DNA of 64,000 bases from a virus. Lineage: Duplodnaviria > Heunggongvirae > Uroviricota > Caudoviricetes. Of the stretch, positions 47,163-59,712 are shown in pieces (the stretch's first letter is position 1; the number at the start of each line of letters is the position of its first letter). Made by a program: the position numbers and the translations under genes. Location of the stretch: the IMG/VR virus record IMGVR_UViG_3300022555_003200; one strand, given 5' to 3'. Below the pieces are notes generated by a model. That model ran no database searches. It was not told where the DNA came from and saw nothing but the letters and a program-made list of their open reading frames with translations.

Positions 47163-47683
47163 CCATTATCGGGATCGACAATGGAATTTCTGGACAAATT
47201 GGTGCTGTGTACGATAACGGCGAGGCACACTTGTGTCGCACTCCTACTATGAAGCTCCTGCACTATACAAAGCAGAAGCAGTATTTTACACGAATTGACA
47301 CGCCGGCTCTTGAGGCTGCTTTTACGAAGATACTTGACTATGCTTTGTCTGTGAACAAGGTTCTTTTGCCGGCTTTTGTGCTTCTGGAGCGGCCCATGGT
47401 GAACCCAACACGGTTTAAGGCCACTGAGTCCGCTGTTCGGTCGTATGAGGCCACTCTGATTGTTATTGAGCGTCTTAAGATTGGGTATCGTGTCGTTGAT
47501 AGTAAGGAGTGGCAGAAGAAGATGCTTCCGGAAGGGCTCAAGGGCCCGGAGCTCAAGAAGGCTTCTTTAGCTGTGGGAAAGCGGACGTTTCCGAAGATTG
47601 ACTTTACGGGGTTCGATGACGCAGATGGGCTTCTACTGGCCGAGTATGGTAGAAGGTTTGGTGGTGCTCAATGGCTAAAATGA
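47159..47683 (+). CDS. RuvC-like Holliday-junction resolvase.
   Basis: N-terminal IIGIDNGISG resembles the first catalytic Asp motif. Its position after the SbcDC gene supports the call. Confidence 0.5.
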   Translation: MTIIGIDNGISGQIGAVYDNGEAHLCRTPTMKLLHYTKQKQYFTRIDTPALEAAFTKILDYALSVNKVLLPAFVLLERPMVNPTRFKATESAVRSYEATLIVIERLKIGYRVVDSKEWQKKMLPEGLKGPELKKASLAVGKRTFPKIDFTGFDDADGLLLAEYGRRFGGAQWLK

Positions 47684-48073
47684 GTCACAAGCCGTTTGTT
47701 ACACAGCTTAGAGAGTGCGCGGATAACGGAACCCGTAAGGAGATAAGTAATGTTTACGGGACGTACCCAGAAACTATTTTGCTGTGTACAAAGTATCTAG
47801 AGATCTGCAGCAGTAATGTTTGCCGAAAAGATCGGAGGGTAAAGTGAGCTACAAGAAGGATTTGACGATGCGAATAGTTAGGACTAAGCATATCATTGAA
47901 TTTTATAACAATACGCGTGCTATGGACTTGATGGCTGATTTGGCTAACGTTCCAAAGGAAGCACGTTTGGTTGAAGTGTGTGAGGCGTGCAATGATGGCG
48001 AGGTTATTATTAAGGGTGCCAGTCGTCCGCATAGCCCCCACAAGCTTGTATTTGAACTTGAGGAGGAGCAGAA

Positions 48074-48724
48074 ATGAGCACACAAGTTGATTTTGGGTTC
48101 TGGGTGTCAATAGTCTCGGACAAGATGGTGGATGGTTGGGTCAAGAAGAAGTACATACCCAGTAGGGATGTTTTGCTGTTCAGCGAGAACGGGGACGACG
48201 GGGAGTTTAAGCACGGTGATATTATTCACAGGCTCTCAATGCGGGATAACGACGGGAAAGTTTTGCAGGGTGTTGATGATGCTGGAGAGGAGTATTACCT
48301 GTCAGAGTGGGTCAGGTCAGAGGATAAGTCTAACGAGCTTAAGGCGCTCGGGTACAAGTCAGACGACTACGAGCGTCTGGTGATTGACAGCAAAATTTAT
48401 AACAGGATGCGTGGGCAGGTTGGTAAGTGGTATGACAAGATCTTTGATGATGTAGAGAAGTGGCTTCGTAAAAGTGGGCTTATGCACATCTCTAAGGGAA
48501 GCATTAAGACAGGGTTTTGTGTGGAGAGTAACCCTGATCATGAGGTCGTTAAGAACTGGGGCGCCCCACTGGCTAAGAAGGAGAACAAGGTTATTCAGAT
48601 GAAGGAAAAGTTTGGGCGCATTGTGGTGTATTTTATGGGCCTTACGGAGGAAGAACGGGAAAAGGTTGATAAGTTCGCCTTAGATGTTGAAGCTAAGTAT
48701 GACTGCACCTGTGATTTCATATGA
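48074..48724 (+). CDS. Hypothetical protein.
   Basis: ORF of 216 aa. Confidence 0.4.
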   Translation: MSTQVDFGFWVSIVSDKMVDGWVKKKYIPSRDVLLFSENGDDGEFKHGDIIHRLSMRDNDGKVLQGVDDAGEEYYLSEWVRSEDKSNELKALGYKSDDYERLVIDSKIYNRMRGQVGKWYDKIFDDVEKWLRKSGLMHISKGSIKTGFCVESNPDHEVVKNWGAPLAKKENKVIQMKEKFGRIVVYFMGLTEEEREKVDKFALDVEAKYDCTCDFI

Positions 48725-49119
48725 ACGACTGTGCTGCTGGTCATTACATAACCAACGTGGTGGTTACGAGAAACCCGTTGGTATGTTCAGGAGGGTTTGG
48801 GCAGCCGCGGTGCATCTACTATCAAATATGCCTTTACCAGAATGGATACAAGCTCAGTAAGAACGGCCGCAGGATAAGGGTTAAGCGAAAGGACTAGTTA
48901 TGTGGATCGTTACTCTTGACGACAGCACTAATGATGAGCAGGTAGAGGTTATTGCGAGTGATCTCGCGGAGCTTCAGCATATACTCGATTACATTAAGGT
49001 TAAGGAAGACAGGTTTGACCTGCTGAACGTTGAGCAGAGATGGCTGCTTCTTGGTTTTGACGGCTTAAGGGATATGGCCGGTGAATATATCCCAGACAAA
49101 ATATAACGGAGGTTAGAAA

Positions 49120-49569
49120 ATGAAAGTGAAACTAGGAACAATTAAGGGGGCGCAGTCTGGATTTATCGCCATTATGCAAGCACAGATGCCCATTAAGTTG
49201 GCGTATGCGGTTAGTAGGAACTTGAAGAAGATCGCCTCAGAGATGGAAGACGTGGAAAAGGTCAGAATGGATCTTATCCGCAAGTATGGTGCTCCTGACG
49301 AGAAGAGCGGTGGTATGCAGGTTACGAAAGAAAACATGGAAGTGTTCGAGAAGGAGTATGGAGACGTTCTTGCAAACGAGGTTGAGCTCGATCTGTGGAA
49401 GCTCCCGTTAAGCAAGCTCTCTGACGCTGGCGTTCGTCTTACACCCACTCAGATCGTTACTATGGAAGATTTCATTGAGGATGATCTTCCGCCAGATGCC
49501 TCTCCAGCTCTCATTGACGATCCGTTGAAGAGATATCCGAAACTTCCAGAAGAAACTCCAGGTAAGTAG
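49120..49569 (+). CDS. Hypothetical protein with a C-terminal [10 protein letters not shown] motif.
   Basis: ORF of 149 aa. Confidence 0.4.
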   Translation: MKVKLGTIKGAQSGFIAIMQAQMPIKLAYAVSRNLKKIASEMEDVEKVRMDLIRKYGAPDEKSGGMQVTKENMEVFEKEYGDVLANEVELDLWKLPLSKLSDAGVRLTPTQIVTMEDFIEDDLPPDASPALIDDPLKRYPKLPEETPGK

Positions 49570-49573
49570 CCCC

Positions 49574-50089
49574 ATGATAGTTCAGGATCGCGAGAAGCTT
49601 ACAATACCATGTAGGGAGACCACTATTGAAGAGTGTAAGTCTCTTGACGTGTTTTCAAAGCTATCTAGCGAACTAGCGGAGAGCCCTGTTCCAGGAGTAG
49701 GGCTCTCCGCGAATCAAATCGGATTGGACGTTAGGGCTTGTGTTGTGAAACTGGAGCTCGGCTTATTTGTCAACATGGTCAATCCGAAGATAGAGGCAAC
49801 CCATTTTCCGACTGTTAGTGAAAACGAAGGTTGCTTGAGCTTCCCCGGAGTCCGTTTGAGCACGGACCGGTACATGCAAGTCACATGTTCGTGGCTTGAC
49901 TTTGATAGTGGTGAGAGCCGTCGTGCAATCTTTTACGGCATGGAGGCTTTTATACTACAGCACGAATGTGACCATCTTGACGGGGTGACACTCTTTGACA
50001 GAGCTTCGAAGCCTGCTTACAAGGTTGGACGTAATGATCTTTGTCCATGTGGTTCTGGTAAAAAACACAAAAAGTGCTGCCTAAAATAA
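49574..50089 (+). CDS. def: Peptide deformylase with a C-terminal SEC-C metal-binding motif.
   Basis: [18 protein letters not shown] and HECDHLDG. C-terminal [13 protein letters not shown]. Confidence 0.85.
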   Translation: MIVQDREKLTIPCRETTIEECKSLDVFSKLSSELAESPVPGVGLSANQIGLDVRACVVKLELGLFVNMVNPKIEATHFPTVSENEGCLSFPGVRLSTDRYMQVTCSWLDFDSGESRRAIFYGMEAFILQHECDHLDGVTLFDRASKPAYKVGRNDLCPCGSGKKHKKCCLK

Positions 50090-50102
50090 GGGAGACGGCA
50101 GT

Positions 50103-51197
50103 ATGGCTAAAGAATGGGGAACACAGGACTTAGAGCAGTTGGACCGGTTGATTAGGGATGGGCACAACGACTCCTCCATAGCAAGGATTATGGGCAGGAC
50201 AATAGGATCAGTTGAGCATCAGACACGTGGTACTAGACCGAAGTGTCAGAGAGAGTGTAAGAGCCAGGAGTCATATCAAGGCATGAACGAGGAAGAGTCT
50301 AGTTTTATTGACAAGATGAACGAGCATCTGAAGTCTCTTAAGTCATATAAGCTTAAGAGAAAGGATAGGAAGCCGCCTAAAAATGGTGACACGTTGGTAG
50401 TACACCTAACGGACTTTCACGCTGGAAAAATAGTCAAGGACCAGGATGGTACAATATACGACGAAAATATTTTTCGTAACAGGATCGAGCACCTCTGTTT
50501 GAATATCCTCAAGATACTTGATAACAATATCAGTAAGGGAGTTCCGATCACTGACGTTGTTATTATAGCGACCGGGGATCTAACTAATGGCGAAGACATT
50601 TACGCCACCCAGGCTTACGAGCAAGAGATGCCGCCTCCAAAGCAGGTAATGCTTTGTGTGGATGTGCTCATACAGCTGATGCTTGCATTTGTGGACAGGA
50701 AGCTCCCGGTTAGCTTCTACGGTGTTCGTGGGAACCACGGTAGGACCGGCAAGGAGACTGATCCCACCTCAAACTGGGACATAATGATCTACAAGATCTT
50801 GGATTTCTGGGTTGAAACACAAAAGCTGTCGAATAAGGTTATAGTAGATTATGCAGAAAACACCGAGGCTCTTAACTTCAAGATCCGCGGGCACAACTAC
50901 CTAGCAATGCACAGGGCCCCGGAGCAGGGTGGGACACCTTCCGGACGCGTTAAGTTTAACGCGTGGGCGCGGGCCAACGAAGCAAAGGCAGTTGTCTACG
51001 GTCATTTTCATCACTTCTCGGTAGATGACGTTGATGGTGTCAGAGTATTTCGTGGAGGGTCTACTGTAGGGGGGGACGGACTTTCAGAGTCCATGGCTAA
51101 GTACTCAGAGCCCACTCAGTGTGTCTGGGGGGTTACAGATGACCGCATAATGACTTTCTTTTACGCGATCGACTTGAATGGGTTGAAGGAAAAATAG
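50103..51197 (+). CDS. Calcineurin-like metallophosphoesterase with an N-terminal HTH.
   Basis: Motifs LTDFHAG, GDLTNGED, GNHGRTG and GHFHH. Confidence 0.6.
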   Translation: MAKEWGTQDLEQLDRLIRDGHNDSSIARIMGRTIGSVEHQTRGTRPKCQRECKSQESYQGMNEEESSFIDKMNEHLKSLKSYKLKRKDRKPPKNGDTLVVHLTDFHAGKIVKDQDGTIYDENIFRNRIEHLCLNILKILDNNISKGVPITDVVIIATGDLTNGEDIYATQAYEQEMPPPKQVMLCVDVLIQLMLAFVDRKLPVSFYGVRGNHGRTGKETDPTSNWDIMIYKILDFWVETQKLSNKVIVDYAENTEALNFKIRGHNYLAMHRAPEQGGTPSGRVKFNAWARANEAKAVVYGHFHHFSVDDVDGVRVFRGGSTVGGDGLSESMAKYSEPTQCVWGVTDDRIMTFFYAIDLNGLKEK

Positions 51198-51349
51198 TAT
51201 GACTAGCCTTGAACTTGCCAAAGAGCGGATTATGAAGGACTTGTGCCCGCTTTGTGGCAAGTTCATTGCTGGTCACAGTGTAATGGTAGTGGATCCAAAT
51301 CTTGGTAACATTTTTATTTGCAGACACCACCTAGAGGGAGAGAAGCAAA

Positions 51350-51763
51350 ATGAAATGTAACGTGTGTGGTCTTGAGCCCGACGGCATTATGATCGAAAAA
51401 GTTAAGCAGTACGGAGTTCCGTTTAAGTGCAGTGCCTGTGGGATGTTGACGTTCCCGATCCAGGCTGTGAATGGGGTAATAATGGTGTGGCCAAAGCCTG
51501 TTCCGGAGACTCACGGATTGATTCATATCCCCGAGAATTTGCGGCCTACGTTTAAGGACACTGTTTGTATGGTTATGTCCACTGGAGGAGGCTGCATAGA
51601 GCAGAGGACTAAGAAGTTTGTTAAGACCAAGGTTGCCCCCGGAGACATTTTGTCTTACGACAAGAACGTTCCATGGCAGCTTGAGGTAGCGGACTCGTCC
51701 GGTAAGAAACATACAGTGGACATGATGAACGTGCTTGATGTTCTGGCTACAATAAAGGAATAG
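51350..51763 (+). CDS. Zn-ribbon fused to a GroES/Cpn10-like beta-barrel. It is a candidate second co-chaperonin.
   Basis: N-terminal CNVCG...CSACG. The C-terminal half matches the GroES fold pattern: GLIHIPE...KDTVCMVMSTGGG...VAPGDILSY...DVLATI. Confidence 0.4.
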   Translation: MKCNVCGLEPDGIMIEKVKQYGVPFKCSACGMLTFPIQAVNGVIMVWPKPVPETHGLIHIPENLRPTFKDTVCMVMSTGGGCIEQRTKKFVKTKVAPGDILSYDKNVPWQLEVADSSGKKHTVDMMNVLDVLATIKE

Positions 51764-52093
51764 ATGAAAAAGATTGTAAACCTTACTTCAGGGGAGATAG
51801 AGGATATGAAGGATCGCGCCTATCGCAGGGACCAGGATAAGCGGGTAATAACGAAGCGTTTAAAATTGGTTAAACAACGCGACAATAAGCTCAGAGACAG
51901 CTCGGGTAAGACCTACTACGAGCAGATAGCGGCAGAGCCCGGAAGACTGCGTAAGCATCATCCTTACGACTGCGGAAATCCGCGATGCGGGCTCTGCCAC
52001 TCTGAAAAACTGTCAGGTAAGCCTAAGATAGTGGACGTAAAACAGGCAATGCACGGAGAGCTGGACGAAGAGGACTACCTTGATGATGAGTGA
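51764..52093 (+). CDS. Hypothetical protein.
   Basis: ORF of 109 aa. Confidence 0.35.
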   Translation: MKKIVNLTSGEIEDMKDRAYRRDQDKRVITKRLKLVKQRDNKLRDSSGKTYYEQIAAEPGRLRKHHPYDCGNPRCGLCHSEKLSGKPKIVDVKQAMHGELDEEDYLDDE

Positions 52094-52724
52094 TGGTGCT
52101 GAGCCGGTGTTTAAAGCAGCTAGCCCTGAGGAAGTGGCACGTAGGCCAAAGCCTCCCGATCCGTATCTGGGCGTTAAGACTAGCGAGGAGTGGGACGCTA
52201 TCCACGCGGAATGGAAAAGGAAGCACCCTATTCTCGCGTGGCTTAAGACTAATGTCTACTATCCGTCCTGTAGGTTCTGGCGTTGGTTTAGTGACGTTCC
52301 TTTCCAGATCAAGTACTTCATCCAACGTGGCATCAGGGGATGGTCGAACCAGGATGCTTGGGGGGCTTACTACCACATATCGTCCGTGACGCTCGGGATG
52401 CTCAAGTGGCTAAAGATCAACAAGCATGGTGTTCCATGCGGATGCATAAATGACGCGGAGCCGTTTGAAGTCGGCCAGAAGCGTTGGGACGATATCATGG
52501 ACAAGATGATCTACTCATTCCAGTGTCTTGTCGATGCCGAGAATGGTAAGTCTGAATTTTGGACGCCCCATCCAGATGCTCCAGAGGTCCACTTGCTTGA
52601 GTATGGGGATAATCCGTGGTCGCAGAAGTATCCGGAGGTCCACTTGATGAACAAGGAAGAGGACGACAAGTACAACGAAGGGATGCAGCTATTTATAAAA
52701 TATTACCAAAGTCTTTGGGACTAA
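52080..52724 (+). CDS. Hypothetical protein with the N-terminal PVFKAASPEEVARRPKPPDP motif.
   Basis: ORF of 214 aa. The N-terminus is shared with 19169-19431. Confidence 0.4.
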   Translation: MMMSDGAEPVFKAASPEEVARRPKPPDPYLGVKTSEEWDAIHAEWKRKHPILAWLKTNVYYPSCRFWRWFSDVPFQIKYFIQRGIRGWSNQDAWGAYYHISSVTLGMLKWLKINKHGVPCGCINDAEPFEVGQKRWDDIMDKMIYSFQCLVDAENGKSEFWTPHPDAPEVHLLEYGDNPWSQKYPEVHLMNKEEDDKYNEGMQLFIKYYQSLWD

Positions 52725-52746
52725 CCAAACAAGGGAGGAAGAAGTA

Positions 52747-53049
52747 ATGAACCTAATACCGTTACGCGACAATGTAGTAATCAAGATGGACAAGGCGGAA
52801 GAGACATCCGCCGGAGGCATATTCATGCCTGAGACTACAAGAGAAAAGCCGTCAGAAGGTGATGTGCTTGCAGTTGGTCCGGGTGTTGATATGGAAGACG
52901 GTAGTGTTAAGCCGGTTGTGGTGAATGTTGGTGACAAGGTTTTGTTCAGTAAGTATTACACTCCTGTGGCTGTTAAGGGCATGGACAGCGTTGTTATCAT
53001 GGGCGAGAACAACATTATTGCAATACGGAAACAGAATGAAAATCTCTAA
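52747..53049 (+). CDS. groES: Co-chaperonin GroES.
   Basis: LIPLRDNVVIK...TSAGGIFMPE...GDVLAVGPG...VGDKVLFSKY, the canonical Cpn10 sequence. Confidence 0.9.
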   Translation: MNLIPLRDNVVIKMDKAEETSAGGIFMPETTREKPSEGDVLAVGPGVDMEDGSVKPVVVNVGDKVLFSKYYTPVAVKGMDSVVIMGENNIIAIRKQNENL

Positions 53050-53227
53050 AGAAGTTGAGGAAATGCTCAAGACTGAGGAGGGAAGGCAGAAGCTTACAGC
53101 ACTCAAGCTTTGTGAGATCGCTGAGCTTTTGAAGAACCAAAGGATATCAATAACGCAGACTCAAAGTAACAAATCACCAAGTATGTGGGAAGCCCTATTC
53201 GGGCATAAAGCCAACGAGTGGTAATAA

Positions 53228-54892
<1,665 letters not shown>

Positions 54893-55513
54893 AGTGATTT
54901 ATATTCCAGACCTCGACAAGTTTGGAAAGCACCCCGAAGGTCTTACAGGGGATGAGATCATCGAGTATTTGACTTACGTTTATAACTCGGTGACAGGTAA
55001 GGATGTTGACGTTTGCCCCAGCGGTATTGTGGAGAAGTTTTACAGTATCGCTGGGGCGAACACCGTAGCGGTTGGCCCTAAAGGCGAGTCACTTATGTAC
55101 AGGCACGATGTTAAGCGCTTTGTTGATAAATTATTTTTTAATACAGACACTTATTTCGATTAGGAGAAGTAGTTAACATGGATTGGTCGAATTTTTTTGG
55201 AACGCGTGTGAAGCATTTGCGGTCCGAGTCTTCTGACATAGAGACCGCACCATTCTCGGAGCCAGTTAAGATCTTTGTTAACGAGGTTAAGTCGATAGAC
55301 ACAACCCCACCTATGGTAAACCTGGCTATCGTTCCAAAAAGTATTACTTGTTTGAGAGACGCTGTGGCACTTGACAGGAAGGTAGCAAAGAGTCTTGAGA
55401 GGAAGCTACGCCCAAGGGTTGGCGACATCGTGTGTGTTATAGAAGACGATCCTACAAACATATACAAGCAAGTCCTGTTTGCTATCGTTCGAAGGGGCAA
55501 AGTATGAAGAAAA

Positions 55514-56254
55514 ATGAGTGACTACAAAGGTCCTATTAAGCCAGAAGGGCACTCGGACGTTTTGAATGACTCGTCTACGAGTTATGTCTATTGCTACTGT
55601 GATCCTCGAAAACCATACAACAAAGTGGTGTACCACAGTAAAGCAGCCTTTGAGCCGTTTTATGTTGGGTGTGGGGTAAAAGGACGTAGATTTAGGCATC
55701 TTACGTCTAATGATGCAAACAAGCTAAAAGTAAATAAAATTCGTAGTATTCAGGCGGATGGCTTAAGCCCAATTGTGCTTATTTTGAAGGAGGGGTTGCT
55801 TCCAAGCTTAGCCCGTTCGATAGAAAAGTTTGTTATAAAAGAATTAGGTACTATAGCGGTAGTGCAAGGAGTAAAGAGAGGCATCTTAACAAATCTAACT
55901 CCTGGCGGAGACGGCGGCCCTACGTGGTTTGGACGCAAGCATACCCAAGAGCAGTTGCAGAAGATGAGTGCAGCACATACCGGAAGGAAGCGGTCAGATA
56001 GTGCACGTCAAGCCATGAGTCGTGCTCAAAAAGGTAAGATTATATCACCAGAGCATCTTGAGAAGCTCCATCAAGGACATAAAAATATGTCCACCGACTC
56101 AAAAGGTAGGATAAGTAAGGCGACTAAAGGCACTAGGTGGGTGTATAACCCGGAGACACTTAAGCGAGAGCGTGTTATAGCTGACTTGTTAGACACCTAT
56201 ATGCAAAAAGGATGGAAGTTAGGGCACCACGGATTCCAACAAAAGGGGGACTGA
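55514..56254 (+). mobile_element. GIY-YIG homing endonuclease with NUMOD3-type DNA-binding repeats.
   Basis: YVYCYCDP...PFYVGCG...R GIY-YIG core. C-terminal repeated H/K-rich NUMOD-like motifs. Confidence 0.75.
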
Positions 56255-56521
56255 ATGAAGGACAAATCTTCGCTAAAGTCTGTCGAGAAGGTTACCGTGT
56301 TCACGAAGACCCCGCCTAAAGTTGTTAAGGTGAAGGGCGGGTACATTTACGAGTTCACGACTGTTATGTCCATCCTAAACCAGAAGGAAGTACACGCGAC
56401 CAATGTCAGTATTAGTGACATTAAGAAGTTTTGCGATATTAAGAACAGGTTGGGTGCTTCAAGTACTGGCAAGGATAGTGAGACTCAAATGGAGTTTCCG
56501 TTTTAACTTAAGAGGATATGT

Positions 56522-57253
56522 ATGGAAGAGAAGGATAGGATTGAGGAAGAGACACGAAGGGCGCTTGCTCTTCATGGGTTCGACGAATTACTAACGGCGC
56601 AGTCGCTTGGGCTCGACCTGGATTATGTTGCAGATATACGTAAGAAGATGAAGCAGTATTTTAAAAAGAACCCAGATGAGAGCCTTGTGGTTGCAGAGAA
56701 CATATCGGCTCTCATTAAGGAAGGCCACATGCAGGTTATGCGGAACTTGTGGGAGATGCGTGAAATCTACAGGAAGCGTGGGCAGCGTCCGTCGTGTGAG
56801 GTCTGTTCTTCAGATGTTCGAGAAGACACTTCCCAGTCAGTTCCGGCGTTTTACTGCCCAAAGTGTGGAACACACGTTAAGACGATACTGCGAGACTTTA
56901 TAGAGATGGCACAATTGGAACTCGAAATAATCGGAGCTATTTCTGCTCAGAACGATAAGCTTATTAGCAATATGGCTAAGATGGATTTGTTAATCAGAGC
57001 TACTCCGCCAACATTGGTGGGTGAGGAGCCACCTCCCCAAAAGCCTGCCGGGCAGTTGGAGGACAAAAGGCAGGCTAGTATTGGCGACAGTGTAGAAGAA
57101 AAGAACATAGTTGATGGGTATATGAACTTAAGGCCGTTGGATAGAGCTATCTTTATAGAGAAGCTACGGAAGGATTTGGTACGCCTATATGCAGAGTACA
57201 GACAGGAAGGCTCAGCTGGCTCGGACAATAGAGGGGATTCAAACACACTATGA
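56522..57253 (+). CDS. Possible terminase small subunit or packaging accessory protein with a zinc ribbon.
   Basis: CEVCSS...CPKCG. It lies immediately upstream of the putative terminase large subunit. The call rests only on synteny. Confidence 0.3.
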   Translation: MEEKDRIEEETRRALALHGFDELLTAQSLGLDLDYVADIRKKMKQYFKKNPDESLVVAENISALIKEGHMQVMRNLWEMREIYRKRGQRPSCEVCSSDVREDTSQSVPAFYCPKCGTHVKTILRDFIEMAQLELEIIGAISAQNDKLISNMAKMDLLIRATPPTLVGEEPPPQKPAGQLEDKRQASIGDSVEEKNIVDGYMNLRPLDRAIFIEKLRKDLVRLYAEYRQEGSAGSDNRGDSNTL

Positions 57254-59141
57254 TTTTGCAATGGCGAAGGACTACAACGAGTCGCCAGTAGATGTTTGGA
57301 CTTTTCTAACTGATAACAGATTCTTGGGTAAGAGCACAAACAACGGGAAGGCTATTTTTCCGGTGTGGAAGGACGCGCTTACTGAGATCTTTGACGATAT
57401 GAGCAAGACCACTATTGTTCTTACCGGGTCAGTTCGTACTGGAAAGTCCACAATTGCTCTGTATGGTCTTGCTTACGTTTTGTACCGGCTTCTTATTTTG
57501 AAGAACCCATGGGACTACTTTGGGCTCACTTCTTCAAGCCGCATGGCTATTATTTTCTTCAACCTCAACAAGACGCTTGGTGGATCAAGGGGGTTTTCAA
57601 AGTTGCAGGCTTCACTCATCAAGTCGACTTGGTTTAGGAGTAAGGCGTCGTATACTTCTCAGACTAAGTACGGGGATACGCTCGTATTCCCTAATGTTGA
57701 GTTTCTATTAGCGTCTCCGTACTCCAAAGGCTACGGTATCGTCGGGTCAGACGTTGTGTCCGGTATTCTGGACGAAGTTGACACCGAGGACGAGTCCCTC
57801 ACCCAGAAAAGGCGAGTCTTAAACGTCTACAACGCTGCTGAGATCCGGTTTAAGACAAGCTTTGCGAGTGAAGGGAACAGCTTGGGTAAGCTCTTCGTCG
57901 TATCGTCTAAGATGGACGAGATGTCATTTATGGACGCGTTCATTGCCGAGCGCAAGAAGTTTCCTGAGGTAGCTATCTATGACGTTCCTCTGTGGAAGGC
58001 ACAGCCAGCAATGAAGTATTCAGGAAAGACGTTTCCAGTTGCTGTTGGGGACTCGTTTAACCCACCACAGATCCTCAATGACGGGCAGCAGGCGGCCTAC
58101 GTGGCCAAAGGATATAGCATCATTGATGTTCCTGTAGAGTTCAAGTCGAACTTTGCAAGCGATCTTATAAGAGCTTTGCGTGAAATTGCAGGTGTTACCG
58201 TTGCCGGTGTTAGAAAATCGAAGCTGTTCGCATCCAGGCAGGACATTTTAACTTGTCTCGACAACACTAAGCAGAATCCAGTAAAGGTTGAGGTGATTGA
58301 GACCGGGTTAAACGATCCGAGTGAGTACATTAAGTATTTTGACCTAAGCCGGATACGCCTACCTAAGGACAAGCACCGCTTCTTCCACTATGACATTGCG
58401 TTCTCTGGAGAGGGTGACGCTTGTGCCTTGTCTATGGCCGGAGTTAAGGAATGGCGGTCAGTCGACATTCAGAACGAGGACGGGACCTACAGGAAGGACA
58501 TGGTTCCTATAGTTGAGACAGACTTTTCAGTCAGGATTAAAGCTAGGCCTGGGGATAGGATACCGTTTCACAAGATCCGTAAGCTTGTGCTGGACATAAG
58601 AGCTGCAGGGTACTTTATTGAGCTGTTCACAGCGGACTTGAAGAACATGTCTGAGGATACTCAGCAGCTGCTTACTGCCGCGGGAATTACGACAGATGAT
58701 CTTAGCTTGGACAGAACACTTCAGCCATACTTCTCGTTTAGAGACGTTGTTCAGGAAGGTCGTTGGGTATGTCACCACCTTCCTTTGCTAATTACCGAGC
58801 TGGATAACCTCGAACATGACAAGATAGAGGGCAAGATCGACCACCCAGACAGGTTTATCGACAGGGATGCTTCAGGAGAAGAGAAGGTGCTAAAGGGTTC
58901 AAAAGACTTGGCCGATGCTACAGCCGGTGCAGTGCACAACGCCTTAAAGTCTAAGAAGCCTATGAACTTTGACCTTATATCGAAGATGATGGACCGGACG
59001 TCCACAAAGGCGCAGGACACAACCGAGAATATATCAAGGCTTACCGAAACTAAGAAGGGCGAGACGATCGTCGGAACAAAGCAGGGAGACACAGTCGACA
59101 AGATAAATGACATATTTAAACGGATGCATAATCGGGGATAG
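57189..59141 (+). CDS. Putative terminase large subunit (packaging ATPase plus nuclease).
   Basis: Walker A LTGSVRTGKST, Walker B GILDEVDTEDE, and a distal acidic nuclease-like region. The start may be the ATG at 57261. Confidence 0.5.
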   Translation: MQSTDRKAQLARTIEGIQTHYDFAMAKDYNESPVDVWTFLTDNRFLGKSTNNGKAIFPVWKDALTEIFDDMSKTTIVLTGSVRTGKSTIALYGLAYVLYRLLILKNPWDYFGLTSSSRMAIIFFNLNKTLGGSRGFSKLQASLIKSTWFRSKASYTSQTKYGDTLVFPNVEFLLASPYSKGYGIVGSDVVSGILDEVDTEDESLTQKRRVLNVYNAAEIRFKTSFASEGNSLGKLFVVSSKMDEMSFMDAFIAERKKFPEVAIYDVPLWKAQPAMKYSGKTFPVAVGDSFNPPQILNDGQQAAYVAKGYSIIDVPVEFKSNFASDLIRALREIAGVTVAGVRKSKLFASRQDILTCLDNTKQNPVKVEVIETGLNDPSEYIKYFDLSRIRLPKDKHRFFHYDIAFSGEGDACALSMAGVKEWRSVDIQNEDGTYRKDMVPIVETDFSVRIKARPGDRIPFHKIRKLVLDIRAAGYFIELFTADLKNMSEDTQQLLTAAGITTDDLSLDRTLQPYFSFRDVVQEGRWVCHHLPLLITELDNLEHDKIEGKIDHPDRFIDRDASGEEKVLKGSKDLADATAGAVHNALKSKKPMNFDLISKMMDRTSTKAQDTTENISRLTETKKGETIVGTKQGDTVDKINDIFKRMHNRG

Positions 59142-59712
59142 TCGAGATACGTGTATGCCTATAGCTGATTTTACAAACTGGACACCGGAGCACTGTAAGA
59201 GAGTTATCCACAAGTACCAGGAAACTAGGGATGAGAAGTTATTTGATTTGCTTTTGCTTAAATATGACAAGTACTTGGTCAAGCTGGCGTGGAGGTATCG
59301 TAACAGGTTGAACGTTTCTCTGGAGGACGTATATCACACGGCTATACTTGGGTTTGGAAACGCTATGGCACAGTTTAAGCCAGATGCCCCGGCATTTATA
59401 ATTATGAAGGTTATCTGCGCGTATGTTAAGCGTGAAATAGAAGCTAAGTACATTACGATAAAGACGGAGGAGCCTGTGGGGCTCCTGGAGAACGCGCCCG
59501 TTATGACCAGGCCATCTGATGACGCACTCGAGGCACACTTTATTTTTAATGCTCCGTATCTATCTGTTAAGGAGCGGGAGCTGCTGTCGCTTCGATTTGA
59601 AAAAGGTATGTCTTTTTTTGAGATGGGTGAGGTTATCGGTGTTAGCCGACGGGCTGTTTCCAGGAGATTGGCAAAGGTTATAGCTAAGGTAAAAAATGAG
59701 ATCGGAAACTAA
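59107..59712 (+). CDS. Phage-encoded sigma-70-family sigma factor (regions 2 and 4).
   Basis: Region 2-like YHTAILGFGNAM. Region 4 HTH ELLSLRFEKGMSFFEMGEVIGVSRRAVSRRL. Confidence 0.75.
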   Translation: MTYLNGCIIGDSRDTCMPIADFTNWTPEHCKRVIHKYQETRDEKLFDLLLLKYDKYLVKLAWRYRNRLNVSLEDVYHTAILGFGNAMAQFKPDAPAFIIMKVICAYVKREIEAKYITIKTEEPVGLLENAPVMTRPSDDALEAHFIFNAPYLSVKERELLSLRFEKGMSFFEMGEVIGVSRRAVSRRLAKVIAKVKNEIGN

